64,000 nucleotides of DNA from Bacteriovoracia bacterium. GTDB lineage: Bacteria > Bdellovibrionota > UBA1018 > JBFWNL01. The DNA is taken from the NCBI GenBank assembly GCA_050251055.1, contig JBFWNL010000003.1:96001-160000 (forward strand). The letters run 5' to 3'. Under the pieces are notes generated by a model, which saw only the letters and a program-made list of their open reading frames with translations, searched no databases and was not told the origin of the DNA. Below are positions 1 to 10,029 of this stretch, piece by piece. Both the position numbers and the translations under genes were made by a program. Position 1 is the stretch's first letter; every line of letters starts with the position of its first letter.

Positions 1-1
1 G

Positions 2-370
2 GCGATCAACATCTGGATGACTTTTTTCGCCTCCACCGTCGGCGGGCCGATTTTCTTTTTCCAAAACGTGCGCTCGCGCTACCTGGCTTTCTTGCTTTTC
101 GGCGCGTGCAACACCTTCGTCAGTCAGGTCATGGTGTATTGCACCTTGGGCGCGGGCTTCGCGGGCATGAGCATGGTCGATCCACTCCGGCTCCTGTTTG
201 ACGTAGCCTATATGGGAAGCGTGAAATACGGGATGTTCGAGCTGTTTCGCCGTCCCATCTTAAAATCCCGCAACAACGCCGCCCGCATCGGAATTTTCCG
301 GATCGGGCAGGATTTCCTCAGCACCTTCCTGCGGGTTTCGATGCTAAATCTGTTCGGCTTCAAGGGATAG
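2..370 (+). CDS. Hypothetical membrane protein, probably 5'-truncated by the window edge
   Basis: The frame of ORF 17..370 is open back to position 2; hydrophobic segments; no family recognised. Confidence 0.55.
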   Translation, partial: AINIWMTFFASTVGGPIFFFQNVRSRYLAFLLFGACNTFVSQVMVYCTLGAGFAGMSMVDPLRLLFDVAYMGSVKYGMFELFRRPILKSRNNAARIGIFRIGQDFLSTFLRVSMLNLFGFKG

Positions 371-378
371 GCGCCGTT

Positions 379-948
379 TCAGCGAAGCATCTCGATTTCT
401 TTTAGATCGTTGATCCGGAAGGCGCTATAGCTACCCGAGCGATGAATATTCCCGACCGCGCTTAAGTGAAAACTGGATTGGTCCATCGCTCCGCTTGTTC
501 CCAACGAGCCATTGTTGAGATGACTCCCGTCCGGGATCTGCGGACTGAGCGCACCGTTGATGAACGCATTGGCCTGCACCATGATCTGGCCCGTGCAGTC
601 GGGGCCTCCGGTCACCGGCCAAGCCATGCAGGAAACCGCGCCGGGCCAGCAGTTGGAGGACGCGAGCGAAGTGGAACGGTAGCCGATCGTGTAGTAGCGG
701 CGCGTGCCTTCCATGCCGTAACCGATGTTATTGAGACAGGCGCTATAGGTCCCCGCCTCCATCCAGAAGGTCTTCTCGACGGTATAAATCGCCGAAAGCG
801 CAATCTTGGCTTCTACCTGCCGCGCGCGCGAAGCCGACCGATCGAAGTTCGCTTTCGCCAACGTGGTCAAAAGCCCCAAGATCCCCACCACGATCATCAG
901 CTCAATGAGCGTGAAGCCGCTATTTTTATTGCCGCCCCCGAACATCAT
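379..948 (-). CDS. Type IV pilin-like protein (class III signal peptide)
   Basis: Prepilin motif G|FTLIELMIVVGILGLL with Glu5, then ARQVEAKIALSAIY..EK helix; Cys-containing globular domain; SD-like AAGGGGT upstream. Confidence 0.9.
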   Translation of the reverse strand: MMFGGGNKNSGFTLIELMIVVGILGLLTTLAKANFDRSASRARQVEAKIALSAIYTVEKTFWMEAGTYSACLNNIGYGMEGTRRYYTIGYRSTSLASSNCWPGAVSCMAWPVTGGPDCTGQIMVQANAFINGALSPQIPDGSHLNNGSLGTSGAMDQSSFHLSAVGNIHRSGSYSAFRINDLKEIEMLR

Positions 949-955
949 TCACCCC

Positions 956-3900
956 TTACCGCAGCGTGGGGAAGCCGCCATTGTCCCCGTTCTGCGGCAT
1001 TTGCCAAAAGCCCGAGCTTGCGAAATCCCAGCCCGCGTAGGTTCCCTGCGTCTGCAGCTGGATGTCCGACCGACCGGCCGCGAAAACCTGGTAGCCCGAA
1101 TTTCCGCCGATGCCCGCGACCGTCAAAGTCGTGAGACCACCCGAAGCGTTGCTGGGTACCTGGATCGTCGTATTCGCGCTCGCATTCCAGTAGACCGGCA
1201 ACGAGGATTCGCCGAAAGGCGAGATACCGCCATTCGTCCATACGTAGAGCTGGCCGATCAAGGCGCCCAAGCGGTAAGCCTGTCCCGACACGTAACCACC
1301 GGCATAGGTCACCCGGCCCGTGGCGTACGCATCCGAAAGCGTGCTTTGGTCAATCAAGTCATCCGACGAAGCCGACGTGTACATCCGCCCGATCAAGCCG
1401 CCCGCCGCGGCTTCCAAACCGCCCATCACGTCGCGGCCACCGGCCGTCAAGCTGACCGCGCCGCGGGCGTAGACGTGACGAACACTGGACCAAACCACCG
1501 CCCCCAAAGCGCCACCCGTGGCGAAGCGGGATCCGGTCACGGTACCGCTCGCGGATACCGACTCGATCCGGGATTGCTTCAACACCATCGAGTCGGTCTG
1601 GCTCAGACGGGCCGCCACGTTGCCGATCGCGCCGCCAATGCCGACAAACGGATATCCGCCATGGTCGACGACCGCGCCCGAAGCGCAGTTTCCGCCCTCC
1701 ACCGCGCCCGAAGCCGAGGAGCGGGTAACGATCGAGCCCTCTACGCTACCCACCAAGCCGCCCACGCCGCCGCATCCACGGACCAAGCCGCTCGCCGAAC
1801 TATTCGTGATGCGTGCCGATGGAAAGGCCGCCTCCGCATAGTAAGTGAAAAGCCGGCCGACCAAGCCGCCGGCGTTGATCGTGCTGCCGTTGACTTCCGC
1901 GGTGGAAACGCCGTTCGTGATCTCCGCACCCGCGTAGTCGCCGATCAAGCCGCCGACGTTTTCCACGCCCGTGACGATGCCGCCGGCCGAAGTATTCTGG
2001 ATCAAGCCGCCCGAAGTGCCGATCAAGCCGCCGACACCTTCGAAGTCATAGGTCGACTCCACGATCGGAGGATTTGCCGCCGATAATACGAGCGCCGAAC
2101 CGGTCACGCGCGCCTGCGCGCTGCTGTCGCTGATGTTCGACTGGTTATTGCCGATCAGCCCGCCAACCCACTTCTTGCCTTTCACTTCACCCAAAACGCC
2201 CGCCTGGGGTTGCGTGAAGTGCGCGTCGGCCACCTGCGCCCAGGAGCCATTGAAGCCGATTACGCCGCCGACGTTGAAGCTACCCGGGCCGCCATCGACG
2301 AGCTCGGTCGCCACGGAAGCGCCGGTGATCGGGTTTTTGTAGTTCGAACCAATGAGGCCGCCGACCGCGCCGGCGCCCGTGCCTTCCGCAGTCACCCGGG
2401 CACGCGAAGAAACATCTTGGGTCATGCCCGCGGGCTCGGCGTAGGAGCCCGACGAGCGTTTCACGCCGATGAGGCCGCCCACGGAAAGGGTCGCCGTAAC
2501 TTGCGCTCCCTGCTCGTTCAAGCGCGGTACCCCCCGCACCTGCCCACTTTCAACGTGAAGATTCGTGAAATGCACCGAAGCCACGACATCGCCCGCGACC
2601 GTGCCCACGTTTCGTTGGCCCGTGACGTTCACGTTCACGAAGCGCAGATTGCGCACGTAAGCAAAAGTTCCGGGATCGCAGCCCCCGAGCATCGAGCCGA
2701 AGAAGCCCGCGCCGTCCCGAAGCGGGCGGTTGATCGTAAGATTGGAGATTACGTGGCCGTTGCCTTCGATGTTCCCGCGGAAAGGCGCCGCCGGCGTCCC
2801 GATGGGTTCGAAGTCGATGCCGGAGAAATCAAGATCCGCGCAGATCTCGAAGGTCCCGAGAAGATTGGCGCGGATGCGGCTCACGTCAGCCGGCGTAGAG
2901 ATGCGGTTTGCGAGCGGCCCCGTGCAAGGCGTCGATCCGCCATCGCCGCTGACCACCGCGCGGGCCGCGATCACTACCGGCGCCGCCGTATAGACCGTGC
3001 CCCCTACCGCGTAGGAATAAGCGATCTGATAGCTGCCGTCGAAGGTACCCACGGAAGCGGCGTTGTAGCTAGCTGCAACTTGGCAAGCCTGGGACTCGCC
3101 GAGCGCCGCGCACGCCGATCCGTTCGCGCTGAAGCCCGCGGGGGTCCCGACAATAGCGAGCGCCTGGGCCGGTACGTTGCCGGAGTTCACCAGACCAAAG
3201 CCGGCGGAAAGCACGCCGCCCACCGAACCTTGAAAATCCACCAATCCGGCCGGGCTTTGCGCTAAGAGCGCGCCGGCGAAACGGATGCTGAGGTTTACGA
3301 CCTTGCTCGCGTTCGCCAAGGTCACGGCGTCGCGATAGGCGACGGCGAGGGCGCGGCCGGAGTACTGGGCCGGCACCGGGTTCGCGTAGCCCACGATCAC
3401 CGTGCAGGTCTGTAAGTAAGCGATCACGCCTTGGCAGGTGCTCGAGCGGATCGAGAACGGGATGGGCACCGTCACGCCCTGGATCTCGGCCGAGTGACCA
3501 CCCACGTTCATGTAATTGAAGCTTACCGAGCGATCAGCCGTGTCCTGATAAGGCACGTCACCCACGTCATGGCTGGAGGCGTCCGTCGGGATCAGCACGA
3601 GCTGGGCGGCCGTGTCGGGCGGGGTGCCGACCCCGCGAAGCTGGGCCATAGCGACCTGGCCATTTCCCCCCGAAGCCTTGGGGCTCAGCCGGTCGTAAGC
3701 CACTTCCACCGAGTACCGATTCGGATCCGCGACCGAGTCGCCGAAAATGCCCGCGTCTTGGCGAGGCGGCATCGAAGCCGAGTAAACGACGGTTAAGCTG
3801 CCGTTCGACGGCCCGATGGAGGCGGGCCGAAATCGCACGCGCTGCTCACAGCTCGCGCCCGCGGCGATCGCCGTGGTGCAGCTCCCGCCCACTCCGGAGT

Positions 3901-6067
3901 AGTCGGCAGGGCTATAGGACATGAGGTGGATGTAGGCCGTACGATTACCCTGGTTCACCAGGCGCAGTATGCGCTCGCTTTGCGACTGCATCGGTACGCT
4001 GCCAAAATCTTCCAACGAAGGAGAAAGCACCAGGAACGGACGATCGTAGATGCCCGTGCCCGAAAGCGCGACCGAAACCGACTGTTCGGCGTCGCCGGCT
4101 TCGCGACGGTAACGAATCTGAAGCAGATCGGAGTAAACTCCCAGCGAGGCGGGCGCGAAGCGCACGGCCACGTTGCATACCCCCTGACCCGCCACCTGAG
4201 GCAGGCATCCGTTGCTCACTACCGAGAACCGATCCAAAAGCACGGCCGGGAAGTTCAAGCCGACGGTGGGCTGAAGGCCCAGGTTGCGGATCTGCAACGA
4301 GAGCGTGCGCGTAGTGGCCACGTCGACGTTGCCGAAGGCGAGCGTGGCTGGGTTCGCCACGAGCAGCGGCTGAACGTGTGCGCTCGTGAAAGTAAGGCTA
4401 CGAGAAAGAGCGCGCGGGGCAGAAAACGCATCGGCATAGCCCACGTCGAACGCGCGCACATAATCCTGCAAGGTGACGGTTTGGGCCGAAGCGGCGTTAG
4501 CCGTGAAATTCACCTGGAGATTGCACGTCGCCTGCGCGGCGAGTTGCACGCCGCAAGGATTCGCCGCGGCGGTCGAGAAAGTGATGCGCTCGCCCGCGGG
4601 ATTCGCCGGCAAAACGAGGGCGGTCGCGGCCGCGTTGCCCTGGTTACGAATCTGCAAAGTAACGCTGATCGAGGTACCCACGGCCACCTGCTGGGCGGCC
4701 GGGACCGCGTCGATGTACACCAGGGACGCCGTCGCGGCGATCCCGGTGCCGCTCACCGAAAGCTGGAGCGTGCGCTGGTTGCCCACCCCGTTCTGATAGC
4801 GAATGAGGGCCTGGGCCGCGTGCGGACCGGCCGAGACAGGGTGGTAAGCGACCGCAAAATCGCACTGCCCGCCAGCGATCAACGCGCCCGCCGCGCAGCT
4901 ACCCGCGCTGAAGGTAAAGTTCGGATTGCCGCCGATGTTCGTGAGATCGAAATTCACGCCGGTCGCGGCGAGGCCGCCTTCATTGCGGACGACGAAGGTC
5001 ACATTACCGGCCGACTGGCCTTGCACCACCGAGCCGTAACCGTATTGACCATCGCCCGTGCCACCGTCAATCGCCAAGCCGGATTGGGCTTGGAACGCCA
5101 AACGAGCCGGATTGGCCGGCACCACCCCGTTGCCGCTGAACGCTTGCACGAGATCCATGCCCTGGCCGTTGCTCAGGTAGTTTACCGCGAGGTTTCGCGT
5201 GATCGGACCCGCGGCCGACGGCGCGAAGCTAACGCGCAGCTGGCAAGAGGCGTTCGGCGCCAGACGGCGCGGTTGGCTCAAGCTCAAACAGCTCGAATCC
5301 GGAAGCACCGTGAACGGTTCACTCAAGCCGCTCCATTGGATCTGCGTGGCTTCGCCGATACCGATATTAGTCAAGTTGAAGGTCGACACCCGGGACTGCC
5401 CCACTTCGACGTCACCGAACGCGGAAACGTCCGCGGCCGAAGCGGGCGTGAGCGCGAGGTGAGCCCGAGTATTGAGCCCGCGGCCGGAAACCTGGAAGGC
5501 CGGCGCAAAGAAAGTACGATCCGGATTGCTCAGGCGATCCGTTTCGCTGATGAAAAACACGCGTAAGCCGCCTTCGATGGCGTGTAGACCCGCCGCTTGC
5601 GGGTGAAACGTGATCCGCATCGAGCAGAATTGCGAGAAGTTCGGCTGGTTGACGATGGCGAGGTACGTGCCTTGCCAGCCGGGAATCTGGGCTTCATCCG
5701 CCAGGCAAGGCTGGGGGTCCCACGGGTTCACCGCGGCCGGCCCCGGCTGCACGGTGAAGTGTTGGCTCGGCAAATAGCTCAGGTCCAGATAGTACGCGCC
5801 CGCTAGGCCGATGTTGCCGACGTAAAACGTTTTCGTGTAACCGCTGGTTTGAATTTCCGTGTCGCGAAATTGAAAGGAAATGGAATACAGGTCGTCGCCT
5901 TCCTGCATCGCGACTTCGCCGCCCGCCCAATCGATGGCCGTCGGCCACCAACGAACGTTGGGTAGCGGATTTCCCGCGAACGCCGAGACACCGAAGACGA
6001 AATTTAAGATGGAAACGAATCCCAACCCGCGGACGAACCGCAAGCCCTGTTTAGCCGTTGCCCCCAT
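956..6067 (-). CDS. Large secreted adhesin-like protein: tandem ASH/choice-of-anchor-D Ig-like domains plus C-terminal GLUG-repeat domain
   Basis: Signal peptide ending SAFA; about 7 repeats of FGxV.VG....(T/S)..(L/I).NxG..C-x8-12-C...V.F.P; then ADLDFSG..EPIG...FRGNIEGNGHVISNL, many VGGLIG repeats and terminal GWDF...W....FPTLR. Confidence 0.85.
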   Translation of the reverse strand: MGATAKQGLRFVRGLGFVSILNFVFGVSAFAGNPLPNVRWWPTAIDWAGGEVAMQEGDDLYSISFQFRDTEIQTSGYTKTFYVGNIGLAGAYYLDLSYLPSQHFTVQPGPAAVNPWDPQPCLADEAQIPGWQGTYLAIVNQPNFSQFCSMRITFHPQAAGLHAIEGGLRVFFISETDRLSNPDRTFFAPAFQVSGRGLNTRAHLALTPASAADVSAFGDVEVGQSRVSTFNLTNIGIGEATQIQWSGLSEPFTVLPDSSCLSLSQPRRLAPNASCQLRVSFAPSAAGPITRNLAVNYLSNGQGMDLVQAFSGNGVVPANPARLAFQAQSGLAIDGGTGDGQYGYGSVVQGQSAGNVTFVVRNEGGLAATGVNFDLTNIGGNPNFTFSAGSCAAGALIAGGQCDFAVAYHPVSAGPHAAQALIRYQNGVGNQRTLQLSVSGTGIAATASLVYIDAVPAAQQVAVGTSISVTLQIRNQGNAAATALVLPANPAGERITFSTAAANPCGVQLAAQATCNLQVNFTANAASAQTVTLQDYVRAFDVGYADAFSAPRALSRSLTFTSAHVQPLLVANPATLAFGNVDVATTRTLSLQIRNLGLQPTVGLNFPAVLLDRFSVVSNGCLPQVAGQGVCNVAVRFAPASLGVYSDLLQIRYRREAGDAEQSVSVALSGTGIYDRPFLVLSPSLEDFGSVPMQSQSERILRLVNQGNRTAYIHLMSYSPADYSGVGGSCTTAIAAGASCEQRVRFRPASIGPSNGSLTVVYSASMPPRQDAGIFGDSVADPNRYSVEVAYDRLSPKASGGNGQVAMAQLRGVGTPPDTAAQLVLIPTDASSHDVGDVPYQDTADRSVSFNYMNVGGHSAEIQGVTVPIPFSIRSSTCQGVIAYLQTCTVIVGYANPVPAQYSGRALAVAYRDAVTLANASKVVNLSIRFAGALLAQSPAGLVDFQGSVGGVLSAGFGLVNSGNVPAQALAIVGTPAGFSANGSACAALGESQACQVAASYNAASVGTFDGSYQIAYSYAVGGTVYTAAPVVIAARAVVSGDGGSTPCTGPLANRISTPADVSRIRANLLGTFEICADLDFSGIDFEPIGTPAAPFRGNIEGNGHVISNLTINRPLRDGAGFFGSMLGGCDPGTFAYVRNLRFVNVNVTGQRNVGTVAGDVVASVHFTNLHVESGQVRGVPRLNEQGAQVTATLSVGGLIGVKRSSGSYAEPAGMTQDVSSRARVTAEGTGAGAVGGLIGSNYKNPITGASVATELVDGGPGSFNVGGVIGFNGSWAQVADAHFTQPQAGVLGEVKGKKWVGGLIGNNQSNISDSSAQARVTGSALVLSAANPPIVESTYDFEGVGGLIGTSGGLIQNTSAGGIVTGVENVGGLIGDYAGAEITNGVSTAEVNGSTINAGGLVGRLFTYYAEAAFPSARITNSSASGLVRGCGGVGGLVGSVEGSIVTRSSASGAVEGGNCASGAVVDHGGYPFVGIGGAIGNVAARLSQTDSMVLKQSRIESVSASGTVTGSRFATGGALGAVVWSSVRHVYARGAVSLTAGGRDVMGGLEAAAGGLIGRMYTSASSDDLIDQSTLSDAYATGRVTYAGGYVSGQAYRLGALIGQLYVWTNGGISPFGESSLPVYWNASANTTIQVPSNASGGLTTLTVAGIGGNSGYQVFAAGRSDIQLQTQGTYAGWDFASSGFWQMPQNGDNGGFPTLR

Positions 6068-6299
6068 ACCCCGAATGCCCCCTTCAACGTACTGAAGTTG
6101 GCCCTATCCCCGCTCTAAACCTTATCAAATTAGTCTGATTAATCAAATATTTCGACGCAACGCAAAAAACTATATAACCATATGAAATTAATAAATTTTA
6201 TTGAATTTTTGAAAAATCCAAGGCTTTTGCCCTTAACAATTGAGGGGTAAAAATGAGGGTAAACGTCACCCTCGGCACGGTTTATCCGGGCGAGGAGGC

Positions 6300-7328
6300 C
6301 TAACCGATCACGGGGTACTTCCGCTTGGCGTATTCGTCGCTGACGGCCTTTTGCATAACCGCCAGCACGTGGTCATAAATGACCTGGTAGTTTTCCTCTT
6401 CCGTGCGGTTGTCGTTCCAGAGCGACATGGGATCGATCGGTTCGAGGAGGCGGAAATTCATCTTGGCCGGCATGGGCACGAAGATCGAAGCGAAAGCCGC
6501 CGGCGCGAGCAAAAGCGGAAAAAACGTGAAAACGCCCGTGACCATGCACCACATGAAAAAGAGCGAGCGGTAGGTGATGGGTAATCCGTGCAGGCGGTAT
6601 TTCTTCTTGAGACCCAACGCCTCGGCGATCTCCTCGCCCCGATGCAAGATCACGTAACTCTCGTGCGCGCCGACGCTCACGAGGGGCACGATCGGAACTT
6701 TCGATTTCACGGCCAACCGAATGAACCCCTTGCGTTGATAGAAATCGACGAGCTTGCGGTCCTTATAAGGACGGAAGCTTTCCTTCTCTCCCCCGGGGTA
6801 CACGAGCACCGTGTAGTCACGCTTCAGCGCCTCCTCTGCCACGTCGGGATCGGCGGGAATGGCGCCAATACGTGGACAAAGCCAAGCAAAGAGCGGGTTG
6901 TTGAGCGCGATCCCGTGCGCGAGCCCCACCCCCCGCCGAGTAGATCCAAAACGCTTCCACCAGGCGTAAAAAAGCATGACGACTTCGAAAGTGAGCAAGC
7001 CGTTGTGATTGCCGACGATGAGCGACTTCTGCGTGGGCATATTCTCCCAGCCGTCGAACTCGCAACGGAAGTAATGCTTATAGAGGCCATCCAGGAAAGG
7101 CTCCATCTTCTCGATGAACCGGGGGTCTAGTCGATCGAGATCGCGAAACAAGCGACGTTTTTGCGCGGCAGTGACCATGGATTTTCGGGGACTCGCCTTC
7201 TCTTCCCCACGTTTCGGCGCGGGGGCGTCAGGAGATGAAGGGGTTTTTAACGCTTCCGATGGAACCGCGGAAGGCGCCAGGCCCGGCGTCAAGAAATCGA
7301 CATCATGATTGGGATCATTGAGTTTCAT
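6300..7328 (-). CDS. Lysophospholipid/diacylglycerol acyltransferase family protein
   Basis: Motifs IVGNHNG, VLVYPGGEKE, RKGFIRLA, VPIVPLVSVGAHE; start placed at ATG 7328 behind GGAGG. Confidence 0.85.
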   Translation of the reverse strand: MKLNDPNHDVDFLTPGLAPSAVPSEALKTPSSPDAPAPKRGEEKASPRKSMVTAAQKRRLFRDLDRLDPRFIEKMEPFLDGLYKHYFRCEFDGWENMPTQKSLIVGNHNGLLTFEVVMLFYAWWKRFGSTRRGVGLAHGIALNNPLFAWLCPRIGAIPADPDVAEEALKRDYTVLVYPGGEKESFRPYKDRKLVDFYQRKGFIRLAVKSKVPIVPLVSVGAHESYVILHRGEEIAEALGLKKKYRLHGLPITYRSLFFMWCMVTGVFTFFPLLLAPAAFASIFVPMPAKMNFRLLEPIDPMSLWNDNRTEEENYQVIYDHVLAVMQKAVSDEYAKRKYPVIG

Positions 7329-7521
7329 CGCGAGCGCCCTCCTGGCCCTCCACCTATCCATTGAAAAAAACCGGTGAGGGACTGAGCCTAAGCGTGGCTA
7401 CCCCAATCACAAAGCCGGATCGTATTTTTTTTCCGAAAGGATTTTATATGCGCGCTGACGAGCAGCGCGAAGCGCTGAACTCGGCGCGCTGGCGGAGCGC
7501 GCCCACGCAAAATGGTTTCGC

Positions 7522-8662
7522 CTACACGCTGTCGTCGGCTTCACCGCCACGCGCCCATTCGCCGGTAATACGGCAAGTGAGGTACGCCTTGATGAAGCCG
7601 TCGAGATCGCCGTCGAGCGCCTTGTCAGCGGAGCTCGTGGAAAAACCCGTGCGGTGGTCCTTCACCAACTTATAAGGATGCAGGACGTAGGAGCGGATCT
7701 GGCTTCCCCAGGCGATGTCCTTCTTGGTGTCCTCGATGGCGGCCATTTTCTTGCGTTCTTCTTCCATGTGGCGTTCATAGAGGCGCGAGCGCAGCACCTT
7801 CATCGCCAGATCCCGGTTCTTGATCTGGGAGCGCTCCTGTTGGCAGGTCACGACGATATTGGTCGGCAAGTGCGTGATGCGCACCGCGGAGTCCGTCGTA
7901 TTCACGCCCTGGCCGCCCTTGCCGCCCGCGCGGTAAACGTCGATACGCAGGTCGGCGGGGTTGATGACGACTTCGAAATCGTCGTCGATCTCCGGGCTGA
8001 CGAAAACACTCGTGAAAGAGGTGTGCCGACGGGCGTTGGAGTCAAACGGCGAGATGCGCACCAGGCGATGCACGCCGGCTTCCGACTTCAACCACCCGTA
8101 GGCGTTCGGTCCGCTCACCGTGAACGTGGCATTTTTCAAGCCCGCGGTTTCACCAGACAAAACATCCATCACGCTGACCTTGTAACCTTTATGCTCGGCC
8201 CAGCGCTGGTACATGCGAAAAAGCATCTGCGCCCAGTCCTGCGACTCGGTCCCGCCCGCGCCCGCATTGATCGTCACGATCGCGTTCTTCGGATCTTCCT
8301 TTTCGGACATGAGCTTGCGGAACTCGGCACGCTCGAAGAGCTCCGCCATTTGGCTGACCATTGCCCCCACTTCGCCGAGCGTGCTCTCGTCGCTCTCCTC
8401 CTGGGCCAAATCAAATAAGGTGTCGGCATCGCTGAAGGCGCGATCCAGCTGTTCGAACTCGGTGACTTCGGCTTCTAGCTGCGATTTCTCCTGAGTCAAC
8501 GCGCGCGCCTTACGGTTGTCCTGCCAAAACTCGGGCTGCGCGGAGAGATCTTCTAGTTCGGCGATGCGACGTTTCTTTAGAGGGAGGTCAAAGAGAACCT
8601 CGTAGGAAATTGAGTTTCTCTTTCATCGCTTCGAGCTGCTTGCGGATTTCGTGGCGGTCCAT
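7522..8662 (-). CDS. prfB: Peptide chain release factor 2, expressed via programmed +1 frameshift
   Basis: GAGGTESQDWA, SPF and GGQ motifs. A 24-codon upstream frame from ATG 8662 (MDRHEIRKQLEAMKEKLNFLRGSL) ends in CTT TGA C; the +1 frame continues DLPLKKRRIAELE into ORF 7522..8499. Confidence 0.97.
8587..8602 (-). promoter_or_regulatory. RF2 autoregulatory +1 frameshift site with internal SD-like element
   Basis: Minus strand reads CGAGGT TCT CTT TGA C; CTTTGAC is at 8593..8587. Confidence 0.92.
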
Positions 8663-8676
8663 TCTCCGGGTGTATC

Positions 8677-9120
8677 TTATCGGCTCCGGGCGATCAAGCC
8701 CGGCGTACCCAAGGTTCCCAAAAGCTTCTGCTCCCATTTTGCCATGGCCCGCGCGGCGGCGGGGCCCCGCTCGTGATCAAAGCCCAGTAGGTGTAAATAT
8801 CCGTGGCAAAGCAGGACGTCGAGCTCGCGGCGCGCCGAGTGCCTTTGCTCGCGCGCCTGAGCTTTCAGCACCGGCAGGCAGATCACGAGCTCGCCTAAGT
8901 GCCCCTGCCGGCGAAAAACCTTCGGCGCGGGAAAACTCAGGACATCCGTGAGGCGATTTTTTTTTCGATACTGACGATTGAGCCGGCGCATCGCCGGGCC
9001 GGTCACGAGCTGAACGTCGACGTGCGAGGCCGCCCCCCGACGCTTGAGCGAGGTCTGGCGCACGGCCGCCTTCGCTAATTGGCGAAAACGACGAGCGGCC
9101 AATTGATTCCAAGCTTCCAT
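8677..9120 (-). CDS. ybeY: rRNA maturation endoribonuclease YbeY
   Basis: MRRLNRQYR, TDVLSF, LGELVIC and metal motif HGYLHLLGFDHE. Confidence 0.93.
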   Translation of the reverse strand: MEAWNQLAARRFRQLAKAAVRQTSLKRRGAASHVDVQLVTGPAMRRLNRQYRKKNRLTDVLSFPAPKVFRRQGHLGELVICLPVLKAQAREQRHSARRELDVLLCHGYLHLLGFDHERGPAAARAMAKWEQKLLGTLGTPGLIARSR

Positions 9121-9162
9121 AACATGGTGCGTATATCAGCCCGCCTGTGCTAAGACAAGGGT

Positions 9163-10029
9163 ATGGCCTCGACTCCCGCTGATGGCAAAAAAGACCCGCA
9201 AAAACTGCTCGATCTGATCGAAACCGTGCGCCGCCTGCGTGCGCCCGACGGCTGTCCCTGGGATCGCGAGCAGACCCACCAAAGCCTGCGCCCCTACCTG
9301 ATCGAAGAAGCCTACGAAGTATTGAGCGTGATCGACCAGATCGACGACGTGAAGAAACTCCAAGACGGCAAGATCCGTCAGGAGTTCCGCGAGGAGCTGG
9401 GCGATCTTTGGCTGCAGGTCCTGCTGCATTCGGAAATGGCGAGTGAAACGGGCGCGTTCAATATTTATGACGTCGCCCAGGTGCTGAACGAAAAGCTCGT
9501 GCGGCGTCACCCGCACGTCTTCGGAGACGCGAAGGCAGACTCCGCGGACGCGGCCTACGCCAACTGGGAACAGCAAAAAGCGGCCGAAAAAGCGAAAAAT
9601 CCCCAGGCGAGCGTGCTCGACGGGCTGCCGAAGGCACTGCCGCAACTGCAGCGCGCGGCGCGGCTCATTGAAAAGGTCACGAAGGTGGGATTCCAGTGGC
9701 CCGATATGGAAGGCCCGCTGGCCAAGCTCGAAGAGGAGCTCGAAGAATTCAAGGAGATCGCCGCGAATCTTCCCCCCGGCCAAACCCCTGACACCGAAAC
9801 CGCGGCCAAACTCGAGCACGAGCTGGGCGACGTGCTCTTCTCCATCTGCAATCTGGCATTCCTGATGAAAGCCAATCCCGAGGACGCTCTGCGTACGACG
9901 CTGGCTCGCTTCGAACGGCGTTTCCGCCACGTCGAAAAACGGCTGAAGGAAAAGGGTTCCTCGCCCGCCCAGTCCAATCTGGAAGAGATGGACCGCTACT
10001 GGGACGAAGCCAAGGCGCTCGAAAAGTGA
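9163..10029 (+). CDS. mazG: Nucleoside triphosphate pyrophosphohydrolase MazG
   Basis: LRAPDGCPWDREQT, IEEAYEV, EELGD, KLVRRHPHVF and a second EELEE..ELGD domain. Confidence 0.95.
   Translation: MASTPADGKKDPQKLLDLIETVRRLRAPDGCPWDREQTHQSLRPYLIEEAYEVLSVIDQIDDVKKLQDGKIRQEFREELGDLWLQVLLHSEMASETGAFNIYDVAQVLNEKLVRRHPHVFGDAKADSADAAYANWEQQKAAEKAKNPQASVLDGLPKALPQLQRAARLIEKVTKVGFQWPDMEGPLAKLEEELEEFKEIAANLPPGQTPDTETAAKLEHELGDVLFSICNLAFLMKANPEDALRTTLARFERRFRHVEKRLKEKGSSPAQSNLEEMDRYWDEAKALEK

Noticed and set aside
806-5566. Long plus-strand ORFs (806..2086, 2210..3265, 3926..5566)
   Set aside because: Antisense shadows of the GC-rich adhesin gene; Arg/Ala-rich with no motifs.
7455-7480. Hammerhead-like core CTGACGA...GAAC
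   Set aside because: GAAA is absent, stem II register does not fit, and no stem III/UH cleavage site was found.
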